Shown here: in pieces, positions 7,840-16,269 of the stretch
Layout of the letters: every line of letters begins with the position of its first letter
How positions within the stretch are numbered: position 1 is the stretch's first letter
DNA from: a bacterium
GTDB taxonomy: Bacteria; Patescibacteriota; Microgenomatia; UBA1406; GWC2-37-13
Assembly: GCA_021796235.1 (NCBI GenBank)
Contig: JAJYOJ010000002.1
Location: 34,660-98,659, forward strand
DNA length: 64,000 nt
Direction of reading: 5' to 3'
Notes under the pieces: model-generated
The model's input: only the letters and a program-made list of their open reading frames with translations
What the model was told of the DNA's origin: nothing
The model's database searches: none
Position numbers and translations under genes: made by a program

Positions 7840-8709
7840 ATGAAACTGTCTTTATGCATAGCTACCTTTAATGAAGAAAAGAATATTCACTACCCATTAG
7901 ATTCAGCTTACGATTTAGCCGACGAAGTAATTATTGTGGATGGTGGATCAACCGACAAAACGGTTGAAGGTGCTAAAAAATATGGGAAAAAAATCAGCGT
8001 AATTATTGCCGACAACCCCGCCATGTTTCATAAGAATAAGGAGAAGGCGATTGAGGCGGCAAAAGGGGAGTGGATTTTACAGCTGGATGCAGATGAAGCT
8101 TTGTCAGAAGAGTTAAAAAAAGAAATCGAGCAAATTATTGCGATAGATTCTGTCGCTCGTGATGCTTCTCTCCTGCGAGCCTCTCCTATGAAAACCGGAA
8201 TCCGGTTCTCGGAGAGTCATCTCACTCGCGACACCTATCGCAACAATGTTGCTTACTGGGTTCCCCGCAAGAATTGGTTTTTAAGTCGATTCCTCACAAA
8301 AGGTGGTCAGTATCCCGACTACACGATAAGACTTTACAAAAACGGCGTTGCTCATTTTCCCTGTAAATCAGTCCATGAAAACGTTGATGTCACAGGTACG
8401 GTTGGTTATCTGAAAAATCCAATTCTCCATTATGCCGATCCGAATTTCTCCCGTTATTTGTTGCGTTGGGACCGTTATAACAATCTTGAGGCAGAAATAC
8501 TCAAAAAAAAGATCAAAGATCAAAAATCAAAGATCAAAAATTTGCAATATTTTTTTGATTATTTGCTGATCAGACCGCCGGTTACTTTTTTTTCTATGTA
8601 TTTCAGGCACCTAGGATTAGTTGATGGGTTGCCGGGTTTCATTTTTGCCTTATTTTCCTCAATTCGATTTTGGGCAATCTATGTTAAAACTATACAACAC
8701 ACTAACTAG
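7840..8709 (+). CDS. Family 2 glycosyltransferase carrying an in-frame repeat insertion
   Basis: LSLCIATFNEEKNI..., IIVDGGSTDKT and LQLDADE are GT2 signatures. The segment DSVARDASLLRASPMKTGIRFSESHLTRDTY is encoded by repeat copy 8148-8238. Confidence 0.85.
   Translation: MKLSLCIATFNEEKNIHYPLDSAYDLADEVIIVDGGSTDKTVEGAKKYGKKISVIIADNPAMFHKNKEKAIEAAKGEWILQLDADEALSEELKKEIEQIIAIDSVARDASLLRASPMKTGIRFSESHLTRDTYRNNVAYWVPRKNWFLSRFLTKGGQYPDYTIRLYKNGVAHFPCKSVHENVDVTGTVGYLKNPILHYADPNFSRYLLRWDRYNNLEAEILKKKIKDQKSKIKNLQYFFDYLLIRPPVTFFSMYFRHLGLVDGLPGFIFALFSSIRFWAIYVKTIQHTN
8148..8238. repeat. Family-1 GC-rich palindromic element, copy B (inside GT2 gene)
   Basis: See copy A. It has the same + strand orientation, but the host gene is on the opposite strand relative to def. 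Confidence 0.85.
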
Positions 8710-9820
8710 AAAAAAAGGAAAATTCGTTCCTCTTAAAGATAAAAAAGCAACCCTTTACGTTTGCGGGATAACTCCTTACGACACGACACATTTGGGCCAT
8801 GCCTTCACCTACATTTCTTTCGACGTTTTAGTCCGTTACCTTAAGTTTAAAGGTTATGAAGTTACATACACGCAAAACGTTACCGACATGAACGATCGGG
8901 ATAATGATATTTTAGCTCGGGCGAAAAAGTTAAATATTCCCTGGACAGAACTTGTAAACTACTGGACGAATCGGTTTTTAAACGATATGCAGGCCTTAAA
9001 CTGGATCAAGCCATCCAATTATTTATGGGCCTCAAAAAATATTCCCGAAATGATTATTTTAATTAAGAAACTTCTGAAAAACGGCTATGCTTATGAAGTT
9101 TCCGGCAGTGTTTATCTTGATGTAGCTAAGAAAAAAGACTTCGGCAAGCTTTCCCGCTACAGTGTGGCTGAAATGTTAAGGGTTGCCAAAGACTTTGAAG
9201 AGGACTTAACTAATTCTGACAAGAGACATCCTTTGGATATTACTCTCTGGCGGGCAACCGAAAAAAATCAGGAGCCGCATATTCCTTCATTTGAAAGTCC
9301 GTTTGGGAAGGGCAGACCGGGCTGGCATATTGAGTGCTCAGCCATGGTGATTAAAACCTTGGGCAGTCAGATCGATATCCACGGGGGCGGCCATGATCTC
9401 ATTTATCCCCACCATGAAAGTGAGATTGCTCAGTCGGAAGGGGCAACAGGCATAGTCCCGTTTGTGAGTTACTGGCTGCATACCGGTACAGTCCATTATC
9501 AGGTTAAAAAAATGTCAAAATCGTTAGGCAACCTTGTTTTAGTCTCCGATCTTTTGAAAAAATATTCCGCCAACGCCATTCGTTATTTACTTTTATCCCA
9601 TCACTATCGGGAGCCTTGGGAATTTTTTGAAAAAGATTTAATTGTAGCGGAGCAAAAGATTAAAGTTGTTGAAAAGAGATTGGTGGATAGTTCAGAAGGA
9701 AAAGAAGAGTTTGAACAAGCGATGAATAATGATCTAGATAGTCCTAGCGCCTTAAAGATCCTTGATAGAAAACCTTCATTGGAAATTTATAAAGCCCTTG
9801 GGTTCATCTCTAATTTTTGA
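8681..9820 (+). CDS. cysS: Cysteine--tRNA ligase, short form (379 aa)
   Basis: MLKLYNTLTRKK...CGITPYDTTHLGHA (HIGH-type), HIECSAM, HGGGHDLIYPHHESE and KMSKSLGN motifs. ATG at 8681; the track N-terminal extension overlaps the GT2 gene. Confidence 0.9.
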   Translation: MLKLYNTLTRKKGKFVPLKDKKATLYVCGITPYDTTHLGHAFTYISFDVLVRYLKFKGYEVTYTQNVTDMNDRDNDILARAKKLNIPWTELVNYWTNRFLNDMQALNWIKPSNYLWASKNIPEMIILIKKLLKNGYAYEVSGSVYLDVAKKKDFGKLSRYSVAEMLRVAKDFEEDLTNSDKRHPLDITLWRATEKNQEPHIPSFESPFGKGRPGWHIECSAMVIKTLGSQIDIHGGGHDLIYPHHESEIAQSEGATGIVPFVSYWLHTGTVHYQVKKMSKSLGNLVLVSDLLKKYSANAIRYLLLSHHYREPWEFFEKDLIVAEQKIKVVEKRLVDSSEGKEEFEQAMNNDLDSPSALKILDRKPSLEIYKALGFISNF

Positions 9821-10041
9821 AGTCTATTTTCGTGATCACCCAGAACAATTCGATTGCCGCGCACTTCTATTTTAGTTTTTTTAACCTCTACCATAACGTC
9901 TCCGATATCTTGAGCTAAAGTGATGAGGACATTATCTATTTTATTATTAATCCTAGCTTCGACTTTTTTAATATCTTCTTTCGTTACAAAAGTTTTTTTA
10001 AATTCAGCAACAAGATTTTTTATATCAATTTTCGTAAGCAT
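9787..10041 (-). CDS. Small coiled-coil protein (hypothetical)
   Basis: 84-aa charged, helical-looking ORF at the 3' end of the minus-strand operon. Confidence 0.4.
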   Translation of the reverse strand: MLTKIDIKNLVAEFKKTFVTKEDIKKVEARINNKIDNVLITLAQDIGDVMVEVKKTKIEVRGNRIVLGDHENRLQKLEMNPRAL

Positions 10042-10101
10042 ACGAGCATTTTAGTTTTTCAAAAATTATAGTCAATCGCTTATAAGCGACAAAATAGAGA
10101 C

Positions 10102-12264
10102 TTAAGCCTTTCTTCCGAATTTTTCTTTGGAGAGTTTGATGATCTTTTCGCGGTTGTCGTTTTTTAGAGCGGGAAGAGGCAGGGTCGTTGCCGGGAAGGG
10201 AGCCGAAGTCATACCGTCAATTGACAGCTTCAAAACTATTTCATATTTACCGAGAGCCACCAGATCATTTTCATCATAAATTTCACCGAATTCATAAGTA
10301 AGCACATGGCCGTCACGCGCTCCTACGACAAAAGAAATTAGAGAGCCGACGTTGCCAAAAATTGCCTGGGTGACTTCTTCATCAAGCTGTTCAATATATT
10401 GGTTTGCCAGAGAAAGGGAAAGCCGATATTTCCGGGCCTCCGACAGAATTTTTATAAATGAGGTTGTTGCGAAGTTCTGAAACTCATCAACAAAAAGGAA
10501 AAAATCCCGGCGATCGCTTTCTTTGACAAATGAACGATTCATGGCAGCCAGTTGAATTTGAGTGATGATCATCGCTCCAAGTAGGGCCGCATTATCTTCA
10601 CCCAATTTTCCTTGCGAGAGGTTTAAGATTAGAATTTTTCCTTCGTTCATAATCTTTTCGAGATCGATTGAAGATTTGGGCTTGCCCAAAATATTTCTAA
10701 TCATTTTTGAGGTTACAAACTGGCCGACTTTGTTTTGGATCGGTGAGATGGCCTCGGCTTTAAGGCGGTCGGGCATTTTGGCAAACTCGTGTTCCCAAAA
10801 ATTCTTGAGTACAGGATCTGCAAGGTTGCTGACGACTTTTTTCCGGTAATTTGCATTGGACAAAAGATTCAGGATGTCAACCAGGGTTGCGTCGGGCGTT
10901 TCCAAAAGTGTAAGTATGACATTTCTTAGAATGTACTCAAGTCTCGGACCCCAGCTTTCCTTGTAAAGTTTATAAAAAATCGAGACAATCCCGGAAGCCA
11001 CCAGATCTTTCTGCTGTTTATTTTTAACTTCCAAGACATTTAAAGAAAACGGCCGTTCGGTATCGAATGGTTCAAGATAGACGACATCGTTTATTCGGCG
11101 CTTGGGAATAAAGTCCAGAATGGTTTCTGACAGGTCGCCGTGCGGATCGATAATACCAACACCGCGGTCTTTTCTGATATCGTCAATTGCCATATTGGCG
11201 ATAAGTGTTGATTTTCCGGCGCCGGTTTTTCCGATGATGTAGACGTGTTTTCTGCGGTCCTCGGTTTTTATGCCGAAAATCGTTTCTTTATTTTTAAACT
11301 CGGTCTTGGCAAAAAAATTGACGTCTTTTTTCATTTCATCTTTTATATTGTCTGCGACCGGTAGGTTTTCCGGCGGCTCACCGCTCAAAGTCTTTCCCCA
11401 GGCAATATTTTTGACTCCCGCCATAAGATATCCCGGCGGATGCCATAAAGTCGCAAGTTCTTGGGCGTTTAAAACCTGAAATCTTCGCTCAAAATAATAA
11501 GTGGTTCGCTTTTTTATCCTCTCAAGCAAAAGCGGTTTAAAAATATAAGGACGCTTAAAAACAAACTGGTTGCCTTCACCCAGAGAGAAACTTCCGAATG
11601 TCCCGGAAAGATTTTGCAGATAGGGCAGAGCCGGAAGATTTTGGGGAGTTGCAACCAGAAGCCGGACGAGCGCCTTACCACCCTGGAAGGAGGCTTTTCG
11701 CATAATTATTTGGCGCTGCGGATTTTGCGTGTACTTGTCGGCGGCCGGATCGTAGACCATGTGATGTGTCTGTTCGACCGCACGGTCCGCCCAGGCAAAA
11801 ACTGCCGGAGTTACCAGGATTTGGATGAGCATTTTGACATCGGCAGGCTGGCGTGCCAAAAAACCGATTAGCGACGACAGAGGATCAATATCTTTAAAAT
11901 CAAAATAGGTTTTTATGGGAAGGTAAAAATAGGAGTTTAGCGCAACCTCGCCGACTGCCAGATTTGCGGATTTAGTGACGATACTCATCGGATCGGTGGT
12001 TTTTTTGACGATTGAAGACGGAAACGAAGAGGTAACCAGACTTTGGATAAAAGTTTCATTTTCAGTTGGAGTGGTTACATAAAAATAAATCGTCTGGCCC
12101 ATTAAGAATATCTCAAAAGCATAGGTTTTGGGCCGTAAAAAAGGCCGCTTCCACCACGGGATATAGGGGTAAGAGAGGAGTGAGGCGAAAATCTGCGACG
12201 CCGCCTCAATCGGTGTTTCGTCGTCTTTAGGATTACGGATTTGGAGGTGCGAAAGTTTAGCCAT
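10102..12264 (-). CDS. VirD4/TraG/TrwB-like (HerA-FtsK superfamily) P-loop ATPase with no TM segments
   Basis: Walker A IIGKTGAGKSTLI, then IIDPHGDL, and Walker B FLFVDEFQNF. About 330 aa of non-hydrophobic N-terminal domain of unknown family. Confidence 0.65.
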   Translation of the reverse strand: MAKLSHLQIRNPKDDETPIEAASQIFASLLSYPYIPWWKRPFLRPKTYAFEIFLMGQTIYFYVTTPTENETFIQSLVTSSFPSSIVKKTTDPMSIVTKSANLAVGEVALNSYFYLPIKTYFDFKDIDPLSSLIGFLARQPADVKMLIQILVTPAVFAWADRAVEQTHHMVYDPAADKYTQNPQRQIIMRKASFQGGKALVRLLVATPQNLPALPYLQNLSGTFGSFSLGEGNQFVFKRPYIFKPLLLERIKKRTTYYFERRFQVLNAQELATLWHPPGYLMAGVKNIAWGKTLSGEPPENLPVADNIKDEMKKDVNFFAKTEFKNKETIFGIKTEDRRKHVYIIGKTGAGKSTLIANMAIDDIRKDRGVGIIDPHGDLSETILDFIPKRRINDVVYLEPFDTERPFSLNVLEVKNKQQKDLVASGIVSIFYKLYKESWGPRLEYILRNVILTLLETPDATLVDILNLLSNANYRKKVVSNLADPVLKNFWEHEFAKMPDRLKAEAISPIQNKVGQFVTSKMIRNILGKPKSSIDLEKIMNEGKILILNLSQGKLGEDNAALLGAMIITQIQLAAMNRSFVKESDRRDFFLFVDEFQNFATTSFIKILSEARKYRLSLSLANQYIEQLDEEVTQAIFGNVGSLISFVVGARDGHVLTYEFGEIYDENDLVALGKYEIVLKLSIDGMTSAPFPATTLPLPALKNDNREKIIKLSKEKFGRKA

Positions 12265-12267
12265 AGA

Positions 12268-15102
12268 TTAGTTGTTCTTTATCTTCAGTATACATAAGAA
12301 AGTTATTATGAGCAATCCGAAGCCTATAAATTCCAGATACTGCGGCCAGAAAATAATTGTAATTTTTTTTGTTCCCGACCCAACGGACCACCCATTTGCC
12401 CAGTTATTGACAAGGACATGATCTGTCAGAAGTTTGCCATTAGCAAAAGCGATCCAACCGAGGTCAAAGCTCTGGTTCAAAACAATATAACTACTATTTG
12501 TTGTTACTTCATAAGTGAAGTAATTGATTTTTTTGGCTTGAAAATCTAGACTGGATCGAGATGGAATTTCAAAATAGCCTTTCTTTACGAATTTTATATT
12601 TTTTAATAGATTGTAGGGGAAAAGATAAACTTCCAGAGCTTTAATTTCATTTAAAGAAGTAATTCCATTATATGAGTTATTCTGAAAGTCAAGGCTATAG
12701 CCCAATCCGTACTTATATTTTGGAGGCACGATGTAATATTCGAGATTTTTTATCAATCTATCTTCGATATACGATTGATCCTTAGTCTCATCTAGAAGAT
12801 AGAAAAATAAACGTCTTCCTGATAAATTCGTATTATTTATACTTATCAAGTAACCATAATTTTGGTCAAGAAAAGGAGCATTATAGCCAAAACAGGTTGT
12901 TTTTGAGGCGCATTTAGTTATAGCAGTTAGTTTCGGATCGAAGTTTTTAACCAAGATTTTGGGTATGTAAACAGTAAGTAGTTTATCAGTAATATCTGTG
13001 ATTAGGCTCGACGTCAAGTAGGTTATATTACCGTTGATATTAAGTATCGCTTGATTTTGCGTTGTGGGTACAACAATATTGTAGTCTTGTGGATTTATCT
13101 GCAAATTTACTTTAACGATAAAGTTACTTTGATCTTCGCTTATAGTCCAGTTCTTATTTGAAATACGTGTTTGGCTCATTAATTCTGAAAAAGGGTAGTA
13201 CTCATCATACAATCCAGATTGGTCAGTCTGAAAACCGTTGGTATCTAAATATGCCCTGTCATCATTAGTTATCCTATATTTTGGGCCAATGTTGGGAATG
13301 TTTTGGTAAGTAGTTATAAAGTTTTTAACATTAGTTTGTTTCACCTGATAAAGCGCCAGATCGGGCCATTTTTTAACAAGAGAAACCATTGGACTTTCAT
13401 TTAATAGCTTATCAATTCGATCATATTGCATGCCTTTAAGAGATGAAACTACAGGCAAGAGTGAAGAATCCACCAAAAGATAGTCTATATCATATTTTTT
13501 TAATACCATCTCGAATTCATTAATATTTTCCGACTCAGTCGCAGCTTTCATTTCCCAAAAATAACCCTCACTTTTATCACTCCAAACGTCAAATGTTCGA
13601 GAAACAATCGGTTGCTCAATCCCGTACCACAAAAAACCCGAGCCATCATAGCCCCAGTGCGTGAAGAACCAGCCCCAAAATGTATAATCGGGCAGGAGAG
13701 CAATTCTTTGGTTTTTATCTACAGTTTTCATGTAATTAATTAACTGCGCATATTCGTCTGGTATTTGTATCTTCATGGTTGGAGAAAAGAAGGAGCCTTG
13801 GAAAGCCGGAAATGCGTACAAAAAAATAAAAAAACAGATAAAAGCTTCAAATAAATGTATTCGCTTAAAGACCGGTACCAAGAGCAGAATTCCTTGAGTG
13901 AAAAAGTAACTGAATAAGAATGAATAAGGAATAATAAACTTAGTAAAAGGCGATCTAAAGATCTGATCAATGAAGTGAATGCTTCGTAATGTGTCATTGA
14001 GGGTTTGAATCAGAACCGTATTATTTAATAAAGCTACAACAATTGGAATCAGGGCTATTGTGAAAGGCAAACTATATTTATTTTTTTTAAAGTTTCCTAT
14101 GAGACCAATTAAGGCAATGCCAAAAAAAATGTAAGGTAGGGTTCCAATTAAAGATATTCGAAAATATTTTTTCCAGGGTGCAAAAAGTTGACGATTGCTT
14201 TTATCGAAAAGGTCAAAATAAAAACCTTCCATTTTAATAAAGTAGGGGAGAGTTCCTTTTTCTTTGTTTTGGTAAAAAACATCTCCGGTTGCGATTTGAT
14301 TTATCTTTGCCGATTCAACTATACTTCCACCTCCGTTTTTCAAAAAATAGAGCTGTGGCAAGATCCAGAACGAGTTAACCAGGAAAATAATGAAGAAGAC
14401 AATTAGAGACTTCTTAATCATTAATGTTGATCTTGACTGAATTAGAAGGCCTATTAATAAACAAACCAGTATGATGATGTAGACTACGAATAACGTTTGA
14501 ATATATGCCTGGCCCACTGCAAGCAGATTTATTATAAAAAGCAGAAAATAATCGCGTTTTTGAACCTGTTCTTTATTAATTGTTTTTAAGAATATCCAAA
14601 CCTCCCAAGGCAGAAAGGCAAAAAAGGTTGAGAATGCTTCAAAAGGCACATAGAAAATTTGTATTGTTCCCAGATTAAGCATATAAAATAAAGATCCTAA
14701 GAAATTAACGAAGTTATTTTTTTTATCTTTATTAGTAAAATCTAAAAGTTTTAGCATTCCCAGTCCTCCAATAAGGAATAGAAACAATTGAACAAAATAA
14801 CGGATAATATTTTGAGGTAAAGCGAAAGATATCAACCAAACGAATGTTGCTCTTACCAAATCCGAAGCATGCGCCATCCCCGCGGTTAAGCCTAAGCTTT
14901 GATATTCTTCCCAAACGGAAAATAAAGCACGCTTAAAGGCTAAAGATGGGTATAGTTCTGTTTGTAGACTGTCCCAGCCAAGAAGATAGCTACATGGTTT
15001 ATAATTTATAAAAAAAACAAGCGCAGCTATCAAGATTATTAGAATTAAAAAGAGGTTTTTTTTAAAAAAAATCTTCATGGATTTACATCTATTGTACTTC
15101 AC
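12268..15102 (-). CDS. Large polytopic membrane protein, GT-C-like (AftD/DUF3367-like) putative glycosyltransferase
   Basis: 944 aa with about 12 or more TM helices in the N-terminal ~480 aa. The early loop GWDSLQTELYPSLAFKRALFSVWEEYQSLG resembles AftD-type GT-C enzymes. Large extracytoplasmic C-terminal domain plus a final TM. Alternative start at 15078. Confidence 0.45.
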   Translation of the reverse strand: MKYNRCKSMKIFFKKNLFLILIILIAALVFFINYKPCSYLLGWDSLQTELYPSLAFKRALFSVWEEYQSLGLTAGMAHASDLVRATFVWLISFALPQNIIRYFVQLFLFLIGGLGMLKLLDFTNKDKKNNFVNFLGSLFYMLNLGTIQIFYVPFEAFSTFFAFLPWEVWIFLKTINKEQVQKRDYFLLFIINLLAVGQAYIQTLFVVYIIILVCLLIGLLIQSRSTLMIKKSLIVFFIIFLVNSFWILPQLYFLKNGGGSIVESAKINQIATGDVFYQNKEKGTLPYFIKMEGFYFDLFDKSNRQLFAPWKKYFRISLIGTLPYIFFGIALIGLIGNFKKNKYSLPFTIALIPIVVALLNNTVLIQTLNDTLRSIHFIDQIFRSPFTKFIIPYSFLFSYFFTQGILLLVPVFKRIHLFEAFICFFIFLYAFPAFQGSFFSPTMKIQIPDEYAQLINYMKTVDKNQRIALLPDYTFWGWFFTHWGYDGSGFLWYGIEQPIVSRTFDVWSDKSEGYFWEMKAATESENINEFEMVLKKYDIDYLLVDSSLLPVVSSLKGMQYDRIDKLLNESPMVSLVKKWPDLALYQVKQTNVKNFITTYQNIPNIGPKYRITNDDRAYLDTNGFQTDQSGLYDEYYPFSELMSQTRISNKNWTISEDQSNFIVKVNLQINPQDYNIVVPTTQNQAILNINGNITYLTSSLITDITDKLLTVYIPKILVKNFDPKLTAITKCASKTTCFGYNAPFLDQNYGYLISINNTNLSGRRLFFYLLDETKDQSYIEDRLIKNLEYYIVPPKYKYGLGYSLDFQNNSYNGITSLNEIKALEVYLFPYNLLKNIKFVKKGYFEIPSRSSLDFQAKKINYFTYEVTTNSSYIVLNQSFDLGWIAFANGKLLTDHVLVNNWANGWSVGSGTKKITIIFWPQYLEFIGFGLLIITFLCILKIKNN

Positions 15103-15982
15103 CGATAAATTGCAGACCCAGTCGAGAATACTTCATCGAGTAATGAAGTTTACGCATTTTCTCATAGAGCCAGAAGACAAGTGTCTGCGGTAAAAGTAAA
15201 ACTAATAGTGCTTGAAACAGCGTAAAAATTATTCCGGTTATTGTTGGACGATAATGATATTTTATAACAGCTCTAAATCTTGACAAAAGAGTGTATAAAA
15301 ATGTTTTTTTAATGTCTTTAAGTGAAGTGTTTTTATCGTGCAGTCTATAAAGTAATACGATATCTCCTAGATTTTCAACTTTTCCGTATTGGAATAGTTT
15401 AAATAATAGTTCTAACTCTTCTGCCGTATCCAGTCCGTCGTGGTAAAACTCAAAATCCTTAGGTAATCTTTTTCGCGCGATCATTAATGTGGGTTGCTGC
15501 AAAGGTACAAACTTAAAAATGTACGAATATATTTCCTTAAATTTGGTCGGAAATATTTTTTCTCCAATAACTTCACCGTTTTTATTAATTATTGAACACT
15601 GACCACCAACCGCCACTGTATTTCTGTTTTTTAACAAAAATACCACCTGTTTACTTATTCTGGTTTTAATCGCAACGTCATCAGCGTCCATTCTGGCGAT
15701 AAAATCGCCTTTTGCTTTTGTAATTGCATATTTTACAGTTTCTGAAACTCCGATATTTTTTTTGGCGATACGAAAAATTCGAATTCGTTTATCCCGTTTT
15801 TTAAATTTTTTTAAAATTTGGTATGAACTGTCGGTTGAAGCATCGTCAATGATAATAAATTCGAAATTTTTGTAGGTCTGTTTTAAGATACTTTCAATTG
15901 ATTGCACTAAGAAATCGCCAGCATTATAAACTGGCATGATGACCGAAACGAAAGGTCTTTTTGTGTTTTGATTTTTTTTCAT
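15089..15982 (-). CDS. Family 2 glycosyltransferase
   Basis: VSVIMPVYNAGDFLVQSIESILKQTYKNFEFIIIDDASTDSS and RMDADD motifs. The start MKKNQ at 15982 is preceded by GAGGAAAT. Confidence 0.85.
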   Translation of the reverse strand: MKKNQNTKRPFVSVIMPVYNAGDFLVQSIESILKQTYKNFEFIIIDDASTDSSYQILKKFKKRDKRIRIFRIAKKNIGVSETVKYAITKAKGDFIARMDADDVAIKTRISKQVVFLLKNRNTVAVGGQCSIINKNGEVIGEKIFPTKFKEIYSYIFKFVPLQQPTLMIARKRLPKDFEFYHDGLDTAEELELLFKLFQYGKVENLGDIVLLYRLHDKNTSLKDIKKTFLYTLLSRFRAVIKYHYRPTITGIIFTLFQALLVLLLPQTLVFWLYEKMRKLHYSMKYSRLGLQFIGEVQ

Positions 15983-16269
15983 ATTTCCTCTGACCACAAA
16001 GTTATTTATGGTCATAGGAAAGAGCGGAAAAATATTAGTGCTTTATGGACATTGGCGGGGAGCCAAGGTGGACCTCAAAAAGAGGTACACAAAGCATAAT
16101 ATATTCCGCTCATCGGGTTCAGGGCAGCGCATCGCGCTGTTAAAGAGCTTTACGGCCGGGGTACTGTCAGAGACAGTGTTGGTCCATCCGGACGGGGAAA
16201 GCAATCGGGGAAGCCGAGATCTCATGCGGCGATGTCAAAGAATGACATCCTTTTCTGTTTTAGCGCTGT

